A DNA stretch of 64,000 nt from Octopus sinensis (lineage: Eukaryota), in assembly GCF_006345805.1 (NCBI RefSeq), contig NC_043000.1, forward strand, positions 131,998,001 through 132,062,000, written 5' to 3'. Below, one piece after another: positions 1 through 13,624 of the stretch (positions are counted from its first letter, which is position 1; every line of letters begins with the position of its first letter). Below the pieces are notes generated by a model. The model ran no database searches. It saw only the letters and a program-made list of their open reading frames with translations, and was not told where the DNA came from. The position numbers were made by a program, and so were the translations under genes.

Positions 1-124
1 CATACTATGTATAATAAATGAACCATATTTCAGGTCTATATATAATATCACAGTTTCTACTTTTTTTTTTATTGTTTAACAAATTTTAATCTAAATTGCA
101 TTTGTAAAGTTTTTCCATTATTTA

Positions 125-526
125 GATCTTTTCGGTTTGAATGGCAGTTTTTAACATAATTTCTAGGTAACTAAAAAATTTTAAACTTCGTATACTGATA
201 GAATGTATTTATAAAACATCTTTTTCTCTTGGCTTTATTGAGAAAATTCTATAGTTTGTAAGGTATTTGTTGTTTTATTTCTGCAATTTCAACCAATCAA
301 TGACGTCCATTGAGGTAAAAAAAACATTCTGTGCCGTATGAATATGTCCCTCGTTTAAGAAACAGATTGGGTTTATTTACATTTGTGAAGAAAAAAAGAT
401 ACCCTTCCCCCCACCCCTAACCCTAAAACAGATTGAAATGCAATAGATCGATACTAGGGTCATAATTATGGGTGACAATTTCATATGACACCGCTAGAAA
501 AAACTGCCGTTCAAACCGAAAAGATC
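125..526. mobile_element. MITE with about 28-bp TIRs
   Basis: GATCTTTTCGGTTTGAAYGGCAGTTTTT at 125 and its reverse complement ending at 526, one mismatch. Confidence 0.75.
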
Positions 527-1375
527 CCATTATTTTATTCTTGCTGTCCCCCTTTGTTTCTCCATTAGTGATCTTTGTTATCTGTATTCTAATTCTGTTT
601 GCTATCACAGGAGCAGCATAGCCATTATTTTAGTTTCTTTGTGCTCTAAGCTTAAGCATGGTTTACATTGGCTTTGCCTTTCATTACTTTCATGTCAATA
701 AACTCCAATAATATATATAAGCAGGGTGATTCAAAAAAATGTTCTTAATCCCTTCAAGATTGTGAAATATTGTCAATGCTAATTTTCTTTAATTTCCTAC
801 AAGTATGAATCTTTATTTCAGAGCAAAATTTGGTGATTTCAAGGAGGAAATTGTTTTTAGATTGAAAAATTCATCATTATTATTCATATGGCGGTGCGCC
901 AGCATGGCCACAGCTCATAAGCTGAAACTGGAAAAATCAAAATCAAAATCAAATATGATTTTTACTAAATTTAATTTTATTAATGTTGATTTTATGGAAG
1001 CTAATATTAAGTTAGAATAAAATGGTTAGTGTTTTTCAATAAATTGTGTTGTATACAAGACTGCTTTTTGTATAAAGTGGGGAGAGGGAGTCAGGATGGT
1101 AAGAAAATAAAGAAAAAGAAGTTTTAGGAATACTGGTATTACATCATTTGCATTGACTACATTAACTGCCTTGGGAAAACTTACAAAAGCTATTGGTCCT
1201 GTTCCTGCTGATGATCCTTTGACTAAATAAGGAATACAAGAAACTATTATTAGTAGCAGTGCACTCTCAGCAGAAAACTAATTAACATTTCTGTAATTAA
1301 ACAGGTGAAATTGTTGTAATATTTTATTGAAATGGAATAAAGCCATAGAATAATAACTGTATTGCACTTTTGTAG

Positions 1376-1465
1376 GTTTGAAAAGACATTTGGCCGATTT
1401 GCAAATGGAAATTTGTGTGTTACAGATGCCATGAAGAAAGATCTGCATGAAAACTGGAAGATTAA
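1376..1465 (+). CDS. ALG1: ALG1 internal exon (FEKTFGRFANGNLCVTDAMKKDLHENWKI)
   Basis: tgtag|G acceptor and AA|gtgagt donor. NLCVTxAMxxDL matches the ALG1 family. 90 bp, phase-consistent with the next exon. Earlier exons were not found in the window. Confidence 0.9.
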
Positions 1466-2225
1466 GTGAGTTTACTCTTTGAGCATTTGTTGGCCCTCTT
1501 GAAAGCATTAATATAATCCTTATTAGAATATTGCAACCATCTAAATACTCATCAAACCTTCATTTGACCAGTAATCCAATGATATGCTGTATCTTCCCTT
1601 TTATTCATCTACACCAAGTACAATAGCCTCTGCTTCTCTCAACTAGTAAACTGTAGTGTAACTGACCAAACCTACTTGAAATCTGAAACTGTCTTCTGCA
1701 AAAATTGAAATTATACATCAACAGCTGTGAGAACTGTTTGATTTCTTCAAACTTTTAGTAAAAGCGACAACTATTTTGGCCTTTAGAATGTCGACAATAT
1801 ATGGTCCACCTCCAGCAAATCACTGTATTTCTAGCAGACACTTTCCATAGCCTTTCATTTGTAAATAAGCACCAGGAGAAAGTTCAGTTGATTGCTGTAG
1901 TTAGTCATGTTATGTTGTAGTTGCTGAACATGTTAATAATATGCAGTACTGGATTCAAATACTTCCAAAGAAAGTCCTATCCAACCCTAGCTTGTGGGGA
2001 AAAGAGGATGTCATAATGTTATTGATGGTGGTTCATATTTACTATATTAGCCATAACTTTTTTAAAATAGAATAGTTATGGCATTGGCTAGTTTGTGGTT
2101 TTGTAAGTTTAACCTTGTACTTTTGAGTCATGTTTCTATTGAAGAATAACTATATTATTGTGGGAAGAATATAAATATATATATATATATATATATAAAA
2201 TTTCTTCTTTCATTTATTTTTTTAG

Positions 2226-2336
2226 GGCACACACTGTTTATGATAGAGCTCCTGACAACTTTAAGGAGACTGATTTGCAGAATAAGCATCAGCTTTACTT
2301 AGAATTGAGTAAATTCTACCAAGTCTTTGCTACAAG
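2226..2336 (+). CDS. ALG1: ALG1 exon (AHTVYDRAPDNFKETDLQNKHQLYLELSKFYQVFAT)
   Basis: tttag|G ... AG|gtaa; 111 bp; TVYDxxxxxFKET motif of ALG1. Confidence 0.92.
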
Positions 2337-2882
2337 GTAAATTGTATACTATGACATAAAAAAAATATTTTTGATAACTCATTTAGCTTAATTTGTAATA
2401 TGTATGTTATTATTTTTTCTTTTATACACACGCACACACACAAACACACACACATTTAGTTATACTGAGTAGTGTATTTTTCAGCCCCAGATTGACCCTG
2501 ATTGAGCACTCCAGCCTTGACCATCTCATCTTTTTAGTTGTATGGAGGAATATATTATGTAATGTCTCCATCCTTGTTTGATACTATAGTATGATTTGAA
2601 AGAAATTTGGCTGTTATTTCTAGCGGATCAGTTGACTGTGTAGAGTGTCCTTTGGTGCCTCGAGTCTTACTGAATAATGTTTTGGTGGAAATTTATTGAC
2701 TGAAAATTTGATATATATGGTTGAATCAGTATGTTATTTATTTGTGAATTAAAAGCAAAAATTTACTGAATCATTTCTTAAATTTTTGGAACACCAACCA
2801 TATACTTCTCTCTCCCTGCCCCCTAAATATATATGTACACACACACACATATTTATATAATCATCTCCTGTGTTTTTAACAG

Positions 2883-3001
2883 TAAATTTCCTGAAAATCC
2901 TGCAATAGAGAAGACAAGATTTACCATAAAAGATGAAGATGGAAAACTCAGCTTACTTGAAGATCGTCCAGCTCTTCTGGTCAGCAGTACAAGTTGGACA
3001 A
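2883..3001 (+). CDS. ALG1: ALG1 exon (KFPENPAIEKTRFT...DRPALLVSSTSWT)
   Basis: aacag|T ... A|gtaag; 119 bp; RPALLVSSTSWT is the ALG1 hallmark. Confidence 0.95.
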
Positions 3002-3942
3002 GTAAGAAATTTTTAATATTTTGTTGTTTGTATTTAATTAACCATTTTACAGTAATCTTTCAAGAATTGGGTACAAAAATAATATATGATCTTTTGACTG
3101 GAAATCAAAGAGCTCAAATTCTCCAGCCAGTATAAGCCAAACTGCAGTCAACTGGTATCTTATTCTTTGAAGGCCACAAAACTAAAACAATTTTCAGTCC
3201 ACCATATCTTTTAACATGGACAATGGATAAATAGTCAAATTACCAAATCAATTATTTACAGTGGACTATGAATGTGCAGTATGTTATTAGATCATCAATT
3301 GGAAAACCAGTTTGCAAAAAAACAAAACGTATTTTTAAAATAGTGTTATGAAAATTATTTGACTTAATGTTGTGGAAGATTATTAAGAATAACAGTTTAT
3401 TTAATAATTGATGGGGGTTTTTTGCTGCTGTTATTTTTTAAACTAGAGTAATTGACAGTCTTTTTTTTGCCTCACCCTAACACCAAATGACTTTATGTAC
3501 AGACTTTCTGGTTCAGAATTTAATCAAGGTCTTCTTGGTGATTCTCACAGCTAAACTTGATCTAATTGTTTGACTGATTGCTATTGAAGATATTTGTCCC
3601 ATTCTGTCATTGTGGATGGAACTAAGAGCAGTATGTCAATGAAATAATCTATTTCATTCTTTCTGGTCATAAACAATAAAATTAAAACATTGAGAGTCAT
3701 TACAAATGCTAAGTCTCATAATCTGTGATGGCAAGTTCACTAAGTCTGCATTGCAGGCCTCTTTTTCAAAGGCAGAAAATACTTAGTTTTGATCTGTTAC
3801 AGAACCTCTACAAAACTCAAATGCAATTCACATTGAAATTTTGCTTTAACCCTTTTGTTACTGTATTTATTTTGAGATGCTGTGTTTCTTTTAATTACTT
3901 TAAATATAACAAAGAATTTAGTTAAATAACTTAGTTATTTTA

Positions 3943-4330
3943 CACACAGGAGTGGCTGTGTGGTAAGTAGCTTGCTAACCAACCACATGGTTCCGGGTTC
4001 AGTCCCACTGCGTGGCATCTTAGGCAAGTGTCTTCTGCTATAGCCCCGAGCCGACCAATGCCTTGTGAGTGGATTTGGTAGACGGAAACTGAAAGAAGCC
4101 TGTCGTATATATATATATATATGTATGTGTGTCTGTGTTTGTTCCCCTAGCATTGCTTGACAACCGATGCTGGTGTGTTTACATCCCTGTCACTTAGCGG
4201 TTCGGCAAAAAGAGACCGATAGAATAAGTACTGGGCTTACAAAAAGAATAAGTCCTGGGGTCGAGTTGCTCGACTAAAGGCGGTGCTCCAGCATGGCCGC
4301 AGTCAAATGACTGAAACAAGTAAAAGAGTA
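3943..4330 (+). mobile_element. tRNA-derived SINE (family A), full-length
   Basis: A-box-like TGGCTGTGTGG, B-box-like GGTTCAGTCC, internal (TA)n, tail GAAACAAGTAAAAGAGTA; many homologues in the window. Confidence 0.85.
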
Positions 4331-5004
4331 TCATTCAACTAATTTTAGGAACATAAATTGTGACTAAGGTTTGGTGGAAGATTTTAATTCAAAACTTATG
4401 AAAACAAGACATTTGTACTCAGAGCCAGAGCCGGTTTCGGCCAGGCTGGTAACAAAAGGGTTAAATGCATGGGATGTTGCTGCTGTTAGACAAACATCCA
4501 AAGAAAGCTGTTCAACTCATTAGATCCTATTGCCATACTTCAACTACTAACTTGTATTCCATGTATTTGTCTGTTCTCCAGCTGTTGCAACAGCATCTGC
4601 CTCATTGGACTGGCTGGCTGCATACCCCTTCCACTCAACACACACACAATCCCCACCTCTTGTCACTCATGCTTTACTTTATTTCCCAGGTCCTACAATA
4701 AACACTTTGGCTTCAAGTTTCCTATTACAACACATTCCTCTCCTTTCTCCTCTGTTCACATCTTTCTCTTTTTGTCGATATTGGCTTCCTCAAAAGGTCA
4801 TGGTTGTTGCTCTTCCTCTTCTGACTAAACCTTGAAAAAACACAAGTCCTGCTGACATCTGCTTTCAAATATTTGTGCATATATCTAATTTACAAACCCA
4901 ATCAATAGTATAACATAAAATAACAGATGTGGATTGTACTTTTATGAGAGAGAGAGAGAGAGAGAGGCTTGCTTTGTCTTAATTCAGCTTTGTTTCTTTT
5001 CTAG

Positions 5005-5043
5005 TTGATGAAGATTTCAGTGTTCTGGTTGATGCTCTTGACA
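5005..5043 (+). CDS. ALG1: ALG1 39-bp exon (DEDFSVLVDALD)
   Basis: ttctag|TT ... A|gtaagt; continues the SWTxDEDF motif in frame. Confidence 0.92.
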
Positions 5044-5773
5044 GTAAGTAAATCTTGTATATTTTATTTAGTGCAGTTAGTAACACACCTGTCATTTATA
5101 CTTTTCTGCACTCAATTCACTTCTTACCAAAATATGTCACTCACCTGCCATGAAACTAATATAATTTAATTTAATTGACTACTTAATTGACTTAATTCAG
5201 AATGAGTTGTCCTACTGGAGACCTAGCATGAATGCTTACAATAAAGTGAACTCTGCCATACCTCCAGACCCAGTGATGATGTTAAACTGGTTGATTAAGT
5301 CTGCCACCCAAGAACAGGAGCAGTTTCTTTAATAAGCTTCAACAAACTTTCCAACTTTCAGATTTCACTCAGGAGATATCTTGTCTTGCCTCTAAAGAAC
5401 ATTCTTTTTTTTTAAAAAAACCATTATTATTTGGATTGGCAGAATTGTTAAAGCATCAGACAAAATTTGCCTTGCAGTATTTACTTTGGCTCTTTATGCT
5501 ACGATTTCAAAATACCACCAAGGTTGACTTTGCTTTCCATCTTCCTGGTGATAAATAAATTAAAGCATCAGTAAAGAATTGAGGTTGATTTAGACTCAGC
5601 GACTAAAATTTAACAAGTAGGCTAATATAACATAATAAGTCAACTCACCTGAATATACCTTAATCAATTGAAGTAATTATTGTATCCATTGCAATGTTTA
5701 TATATTTTCTAACCGGGATTGTTAATCATTTCTTTTTCTTACACAATGAAATAAATTTTGTCTTTATCTATAG

Positions 5774-5833
5774 GTTATGAAGGTTTTTGTGAGGAAGGAA
5801 ATGAGTTACCTAAATTAGTCTGTGTTATAACAG
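5774..5833 (+). CDS. ALG1: ALG1 exon (YEGFCEEGNELPKLVCVITG)
   Basis: ctatag|GT ... G|gtaag; 60 bp; LPxLVCVITG motif. Confidence 0.93.
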
Positions 5834-7286
5834 GTAAGAAAACGTTTTCTTTTGACTATTTTTATAAATTTACGATCTACAATTGTTTTTAAAATTCGTT
5901 GTGCAAGCCAATGGCGATATTAGACATACTAGAAATAACAGCAAAGTTTCCTTTAAATTGCTTCCCTGTATCTTAAAAAGGGAGGAGCACATTAGATAAT
6001 GTAGGCCTAAAAGTTGGAAGCTAAATAGGAAATGGCAGCCTTGAGGTACACATCAGTTTCTCTGAACTAACAAGGGAATTTCTACGTTGTTCTTTAACCT
6101 GCTAAAAATAGATAAATTGCTTTCAAATGACCATCTTTAAAAAATGGATGTCTTAAAGATGGGATGGTTACTGTGGAAGCATCTCTGATGATCTGAGGCT
6201 GAACTTTAGTATCAACAAAACCATCTCCCCTTATATATTCATATGTGAATCTTAGCTTTTTCTTCCCTGATTAATCACACTTCATGATTACAGTCATAAA
6301 TACACAGGATATTTCGATGGCATGATATACTTTCATATTGGTGTTTCAGTGTGTCTAAGCAGGGGACATAATTCTGCTTGGCTGTTAAGAATAGGTAATA
6401 GGTCTTAAGAGGTATGGCTGATGAGATAACATATTGGATTGCTTATTCATAGCTTTGGAGTTCAAATCCACTGTAAACATGTTATGTTTTTGATCAGATC
6501 ACTTTATTCTACATCACCACAGTTCATTTATCAGGAGCAGGTACCAGAGTATCTGAGAATGTTACCTGCAGTAGACCAGGCTCCTATCCTTGGAGAAATA
6601 TATCTTTTATTTTCTGTTTCCCATTTAGCATTACTGAATCTAGAGCTAAGCATGGAATTTATGAACCACTGATTTGTAGAAACCATTGTTCAATATCAGG
6701 AAAATACATTTTTATTATATTTTTTTTTCAAAATTTTATTTTCAAAGAGCCTGTATGAAAATGTATGTTAATAAAATGTGAACAATTAGTGTTTTCTATT
6801 TTTTCTGTATTTTTTCCTCATTTACTTTCTGCCTTAAATTATATTCTACTGTCCTTACAAAGGAAAGATACATTGGATAATGTAGTCCTAGATATACTCA
6901 TAAGAAATTAAAATACACAGGATTGTCACAGCTGAACTTCTTTGATCATAAGTCAGCTATATCTAGGGTAAGCTGGTGTTAAGCAGCAGCAACAACATAT
7001 AGAAATATATATGTGTGTGTATGTGTACATGTTTAAGTTACAAGTGAGAGAAAGTACTCAATGTATGTTGTAGAGTTTGTTTGGAAGCAGTTGTTGTTTT
7101 ATACTGTTGCTAATTAGTTTCTCATCAGGTACTATCATTCAATATATGTATATATATATTACTCTTTCTCTTTTACTTGTTTCAGTCATTTGGCTGTGGC
7201 CATGCTGGAGCACCGCCTTTAGTCGAGCGAAATTCGTAAACACACCAGCATATATATATATAATAATAATTATATATATAATATAT

Positions 7287-7589
7287 AATAATAATAATTA
7301 TTGTATACAGTGCTCAGGTGCACCACAGCTTGTCAAAAATGCATATAAAGCATATGCAGTAATGTACAAATGCCTGGAAAGTGAACAGTGTATGAGTCAG
7401 ATACATGCTTGTGTGTGTATGGAGGGGAGAAAATCAGGTGTAGTGTTGGCGAATCTCAGGAAGGATGGAAGTTTTGAAGGATGCAGTGCTCCGACAACTA
7501 ACAACTAATGCCAGCAGTTTGTTCCATACTTCAGCAACTTTTAGCGTGAAAAAATGTTTCCAAAAGTCATGGGAGCTGTGCTGGTTTCT
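7287..7589 (-). mobile_element. CR1/L2-like LINE 3' end
   Basis: About 280 bp homologous to 59410-59700, with a (TTA)n tail. Confidence 0.75.
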
Positions 7590-7629
7590 AACTATATATA
7601 TATATATTTCTAACTATATATATATATAG

Positions 7630-7950
7630 TGAAGGTGTATGACTCAGTGGCTAGTGTGTCGGGCTCACAATCATGAGGCAGTGAGTTCAATTCTTGGACC
7701 GGGCTGTGTATTATGTTCTTGAGCAAGACACTTTATTTCACATTGCTCCAGTTCACTCAGCTGTAGAAATGAGTTGCAACATCACTGGTGCCAAGTTATA
7801 TCGACCTTTCTCTTGGATAACATCAATGATGTGGAGAGGGAAGGCTGGTATGCATGGGTGACTGCTGGTCTTCCGTAAACGACCTTGCCTGGACTTGGGC
7901 CTCGGTGGGGAACTTTTTAGGTGCAATCCCATTGTCATTCATGACTGAAG
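7630..7950 (+). mobile_element. Second tRNA-derived SINE family (B)
   Basis: GACTCAGTGGCTAG A-box-like and GAGTTCAATTC B-box-like motifs; homologous copy at about 51510-51740. Confidence 0.65.
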
Positions 7951-8146
7951 GAGGTCTTTACCTCTCTCTCTATATATATATTATATATATCAGTTAATGA
8001 ATGACACAAGAAAAATCAGCTTTAAGCTAATGGAATTAATCGTATAAGTCTTGTTCTTTTGTTACTTATTAATTGTACTTTAATCTAAAGCATAAGTATT
8101 ATTGAGTCTAACAACTAGTTATTAGTATTGTTATACCTAAGCAAAA

Positions 8147-8201
<55 letters not shown>

Positions 8202-8218
8202 GATAGATAGATAGATAT

Positions 8219-8267
<49 letters not shown>

Positions 8268-8284
8268 GCATTTGTTTATTTCAG

Positions 8285-8395
8285 GTAAAGGTCAATTGAA
8301 AGACTACTATAGTAAACAGCTGGACCAGAAACCATGGAAACATATCAGTGTTTGTCTACCTTGGCTAGAAGCTGAAGATTACCCTACACTACTTG
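8285..8395 (+). CDS. ALG1: ALG1 exon ([11 protein letters not shown]...[13 protein letters not shown])
   Basis: tttcag|GT ... G|gtaag; 111 bp; [13 protein letters not shown] motif. Confidence 0.95.
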
Positions 8396-9228
8396 GTAAG
8401 AACTAATAATTCTGTAATAATCACTTCTAAATTGCTTCTAGGAGGTAAATTAGAAATTGAAACTAAATTAGATGCAGCATGCTACACTTACATTTTCTTT
8501 GGTCAACTGAGTTATTTGGAATGCTGGCCGTCTTAGCAGAACATTTGCATATATTTACTACATTATGTGAAAAATGAAAAATACTTATTTAGGTTTAATT
8601 GTTCTTTCTGGTACGTTATCACTTGGTAAGAATAATATTCAGACTGGATTGCTTAACTACAGAACAATGCCAATAATGCAGAATTGTTGGAACACTAAAT
8701 CTAAGGATCAGATTTAGTTGTTCAATCAACTACATCAGGTGCCACAAAGCTGCGCTGACTGGGGCTACACAATAACAACCTTATCTACAGACTTCATGCT
8801 ATCATGTTGGTAAATTAGATACCAATTCTCCCTTATAAGAAATCTCTACTCTTATCTGATTGAACTTGCCTGGACCTGCCTGAGTCAGTCAAGCCACCTA
8901 TAATCCTTTTTATAATCCTATATCTGTACAGAGCTGGTTGATGAAGACATTCCTGGATGGCTGACCCATATCTATACATGTCTATAGGAGTGTATCACTA
9001 ATGACCTCCTGGTTAGTTGAGTTTGTTTTTAACAAACAACCTCATGTTGTATTATCATTCCTTCTCTTTCAAAAATACCAATTTGTACCAGATGTATTTA
9101 GGGGTTTCTGTTTTTGATTTGAGACCAAAAACTTTAGTATGATTTAATTACTCATTTCATATTTTCTTGCAGTTTTTGAGAGCTTTGATAAAGATTTTAA
9201 TTTAAATAAATTCTTTGTTTTATTTCAG

Positions 9229-9343
9229 GTTGTGCTGATGTAGGAGTGTGTCTGCATAAGTCTTCTAGTGGCCTTGATCTCCCTATGAAAGTAGTTGATA
9301 TGTTTGGCTGCTGTCTACCTGTGTGTGCTATTAATTTTAACTG
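9229..9343 (+). CDS. ALG1: ALG1 exon ([37 protein letters not shown])
   Basis: tttcag|GT ... TG|gtaag; 115 bp; [16 protein letters not shown] signature. Confidence 0.96.
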
Positions 9344-9599
9344 GTAAGTTGGATCTGATGTGGTACATACATGTACAAATGTATGATTTTTGGTCATGTG
9401 TGTACATGTTTAGTTGTACAAACGAAAGGGAAAAGGTATTCAACATGTGTAGTGGAGTTATTCATTGAAAACAAATAATTTCGTTGCTAATTTGAGTTTT
9501 CCATTTCTTATTAAAATCTGTTACGTTACTTATTGTCCAATGTATGTTATAAAAACAGGTAACCTCTTAGTGATGGAGTGAAACGTCGGGTTTCAGTGA

Positions 9600-10380
9600 A
9601 ATAATGTTTGTGTATGTATCAGTCATCATTTTATCGGGGTTTTTTTTTCCATGTTTGCATAGGTTGTGCAGGTTTTCTTCAGTATCCAACCACATATTGC
9701 ATTTCTTTAATATTTCCTGTATGAGATCAATCTTTACTACATCATCCAATGTCTTCCTTGGTCTCTCTCTCTTTCTATCTCTTCCACAGGGTCCTTCTTG
9801 GAGCACTTGGTACTTCTTTATACCTATTTAGCTGGGGGTTTTTTTTATCCAATAATATCTCATTTTTTCTGTTCTACATATTTCTTCATCATCACGAGTA
9901 TATAAACAATTTTTTTCATATATTCTCACTTGTAAATGGCTATACATCATCATCATTTAACGTCTGCTTTCCATGATGACATAGATTGGACGGTTTGACT
10001 GAAGACTGGTGAGCCAGAAGGCTGCACCAGGCTCAATCTGATCTGACAAAGTTTCTACAGCTGGATGTCCTTCCTAACGCTAACCGCTCCAATAGTGTAG
10101 CAGGTGCTTTTATGTGCCACTAGCACGAGGGCCAGTTAGGTGGTTCTGCCAACAACCATGCTCAAAAGGTGTTTTTTTTTACATGCTATCTGCACGGGAG
10201 CCAGTCCGGTGGCATTGGCAACAACCATGCTTGAATGTTGTTTTTCACATGCCACCAGTACATGTGCCAGTAAGGCGATGCTGGCAACAATCATGCTTGA
10301 ATGGTGCTTTTTATGTGCCACCGGCACGGAAGCCAATCCGTGGCCCTGGCAACGATCACACTCAGATGTGCTTGTGTCTT
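9600..10380 (-). mobile_element. RTE 3' fragments
   Basis: EGPCGRDRKRERPRKTLDDVVKID at 9700-9806 and a homologous 3' UTR at 9945-10380. Confidence 0.65.
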
Positions 10381-10466
10381 GCCATTTTGAAGAAATTTTT
10401 TAAAACTCTGATTTTGACCATATTTGTATTTAGTTAAATCAAATTTCTTTTCTTTTTTTCTTTTAG

Positions 10467-10542
10467 TTTGTCAGAATTAGTAAAACATAGTGAAAATGGC
10501 CTGATCTTTAAAGACAGTAACGAATTAGCTGAAAATTTAAAG
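10467..10542 (+). CDS. ALG1: ALG1 exon (LSELVKHSENGLIFKDSNELAENLK)
   Basis: ttttag|T ... AAG|gtaact; 76 bp; ELVKHxENGLxF motif. Confidence 0.94.
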
Positions 10543-10604
10543 GTAACTATTATTTACTGTACAGTATTGTATTTTACAAAATATATATTTACTGTATGAT
10601 ATTG

Positions 10605-10639
<35 letters not shown>

Positions 10640-10774
10640 GGTAGGTAGATAGATAATTTATACCTAAGAATATATTGGCTAAATTACATTTTTTAAATGT
10701 TAGGATTTGATTTGAAGGTGAATTGTCTGCTGTTTTTAGCAGGGTGGAGGTAATTCAAAGAAATGAACTAATAA

Positions 10775-11130
10775 GGTGCAGGTGTGGCTGTGTAGTAAGA
10801 AGATTTCTTTCTTACGACATGATTCCAGGTTCAGTCCCACTGCATGGCACCTTGACAAGTGTCTTCTACTATAGCCTCTAGCTGACCAAAGCTTTGTGAG
10901 TGGATTTGGTGGACGGAAACTGGAAGAAGCCTGCATATATGTGTGTGTGTGTGTCTATATGTTTGCTCCCCACCACTGCTTGATAACCAATGATGGTGTG
11001 ATTATGGCACCATAACTTAGCAATTCAGTTAAAGAGACCAATAGAATAAGTACTGGTGTTGATTCATTTGACTAAAAATTCTTCAAGGCGGTGCCCCAGC
11101 ATGGCCACAGTCTAATGATGAAACAAGACA
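10775..11130 (+). mobile_element. SINE family A, diverged copy
   Basis: Same head, core and tail motifs as 3943-4330 with more substitutions. Confidence 0.75.
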
Positions 11131-11485
11131 TAAGAGCATTGGGGGTCAATGTAATTGATGTACCTGCTTGCCCCAAAACTGCTGGCTTTGTGCCAAAATT
11201 TGAAATCATTATTACCATAATGGTAGTGAGCTGGCAGAATCATTACTTTGCATGGCAAAATGCTTTTTCCTGTTCTTCATTCTGATTTCAAATGCCACCA
11301 AGGCCAATTTTGTCTTTCATCCTTTAGGAGTCAATAAAATAAGGATCAGTCAAGTACTGGGGTTGATGTTATTGACTTCATCTTCCCGTCAAGATTGCTG
11401 ACCTTGTGCCAAAATTAGAAAGAATTATTGTCATCAACATTTCAATTTGAATTTTTATTTTTTTCGCTGGTTTTTTTTTTTCCAG

Positions 11486-11638
11486 GAACTTCTTACGGAT
11501 TACCAAAACAACACTTTGCTAAAGAAATTACGTTGCAACTTAAAAGAATTCCAGAAGGTACGATGGCACCATAATTGGAAGACAAATGTCGAACCACTTT
11601 TTATTGAGACTGATCAAAGCAATAAAAAACAGGACTGA
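11486..11638 (+). CDS. ALG1: ALG1 terminal coding exon (ELLTDYQ...RWHHNWKTNVEPLF...QD*)
   Basis: Poly-T tract then ccag|GAA; phase 0; RWxxxW motif; TGA at 11636-11638. All nine exons splice into one uninterrupted frame. Confidence 0.9.
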   Translation, partial: ELLTDYQNNTLLKKLRCNLKEFQKVRWHHNWKTNVEPLFIETDQSNKKQD

Positions 11639-13624
11639 AATCATTTGTCTTTGTTGAAAATTTTTATTTCAAAACGTGAAATTTAAAAGGAATTAAACCA
11701 AAAAAATATAACCACTGCAATTGAATTACTGAGAAACCTCTTGGCAGACATACTAACGGTGCTCCCCTATCATATCAGATTTAAAAAAAAAAATTAAACT
11801 GTAATTAATAAAAAGTCAAAGCAGTCAATAAGCTGTGATCTTTAATAGTGAATCTTCTTATTTTAATTTGCCTTTCCAGTGTTTGCTATTAGTGTTTCAG
11901 GCTCTAGGGTTGTATAGCCTGCTTTGTGAGTCCTTCTTGCAGAATATTGGCCATCTAGAGAGAAGTATTTGTTTTGTTTTTTTTCCTTCGTAATCTTAAG
12001 ATGAGATTATATCAGCTGAATAAATTGATGTACATTTATTATCTGTGTATGTGTATGTGTGAGTGTGAGAGCATAATGATCCAGTAGATTATCAACAGCA
12101 TGGTCAATGAGTTCAGATGTTGCTATTTCCTTTGTATTGTGCCTTAGAAACAAGGCAGATTTTTCTATTTAACTCTACTCTCTCTGTCTGTGACTGTATA
12201 ATAGGATCCAGTTTTTCTTTATGATCGAACACTAAGCAAAGGAGACATCCAGCTATAAAAACACTTTCCTTAATAATATCAATGTCCAAATTTACAAACG
12301 CCATGTCTAATACTCTAGAAAATGGATGTAAAATTGTAAATAAAAGCAAATAAAACATCATGTTTGTTAAATTATTTTTGTTGTGTAGGCTTTGTTGGAA
12401 ACCCATGATTGTAATTAAAATTGCACCAAGCAATATGATGTTTTATCTCAGGACAATAAAGTTCTTCCACCTCAATACTTAATAATCTCTTACAAAGCAC
12501 AAATATACCCCGACAGTGCTGAAGTATGGTTCTCTTTGTCACTCTTCTTTTCAGAAATGCAATGTACCAGTGTTTTTCACTTCCTGTGGATCACAGGCCA
12601 TTGATGCCTTTTCTCCATTGTTTTGAACTCTTAGGCTGTCTTTTCTGCTTCTTTCCACATGGATTCCTGCTTTTTTTCAGCTTTACCTCAGTATCCCACC
12701 TACAGTTATTTCATCATTCAGATTTTGCTGCACTGCATATATTTCTCTGGGAGAAGGCCTTCCTCTCCCAAGTCTTGTTCACTACCAACCTATCTGTCCA
12801 TCTATTTACTCTCATAGTCTGCCACCAACACACCTTTATTCTTCAATTTCCACCCTACTAGCATCTATAACTGGGGCCGTTACCTCCCTTTAATACTTGC
12901 CCCTCGTTTCTCTCACTATTCTAGTTCCCCTTCTATAGCTTTAACATCTATTATCAAACCCAACAACAATGACTACCCATCCCACTCCTCCCACTTAACT
13001 CTCAACTCTCCACTCCCCTCAATACCCTGATCACTCAGCTTCTCCATTTTCCTAATCTAATTCATATCTTGCCCTTCCTTGCTTCAACACTCCTACCCAC
13101 CCCTATTGGGGTACCTACTTGCTCCCTCCAACCACTACTGCTTGCCTTTCTCTTCACCCATTCTACCTTTAAATTCTGCATTATGACTTGAAAATTTTTC
13201 TCTCCACCCTGAAGATGAAGGCTGTATTTACCCAAGGTTTATATGCTTCCATTACTGGTTGCATATATTTGAAAACTACATCTGCCCATATTATAAAATA
13301 ACTCTGAGCTCCCAGAAACAGCTGTTGGACTGGTAACACAATACCCCCTACCCCTCTTTAATTTTCTGTGTCTTTGTACTCTGAGTAAGTTTGCTCTGTT
13401 AATATATAAATATCTATATATTTATACTTGAATATTCATCACCTGAAAATGTTCAATCTTTGCTTTCTCTCTATTTACATGTATACACATATGTATATTT
13501 TGTATATTTAACCCAAGTAGTTTTATTTGTTTATTTGTATCATTATCTCTATATGTGTATGTATGTGTGTGCTTGTATTTATATATATATGTGAATATAA
13601 CAAAATAACTTATTTAACTTCATA

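Noticed and set aside
1125-1235. Short coding-like stretch considered as an upstream ALG1 exon
   Set aside because: No ALG1 motif (expected DWHNYG region) and no fitting splice sites; probably a repeat fragment.
3943-4030. tRNA gene
   Set aside because: A/B-box-like motifs are present but no complete cloverleaf; it is the head of a multi-copy SINE.
12500-13360. Possible Penelope-like relic
   Set aside because: Only vague terminal motifs (CCCTGAAGATGAAGG...GAAACAGCTG); no translatable RT or GIY-YIG motif found.
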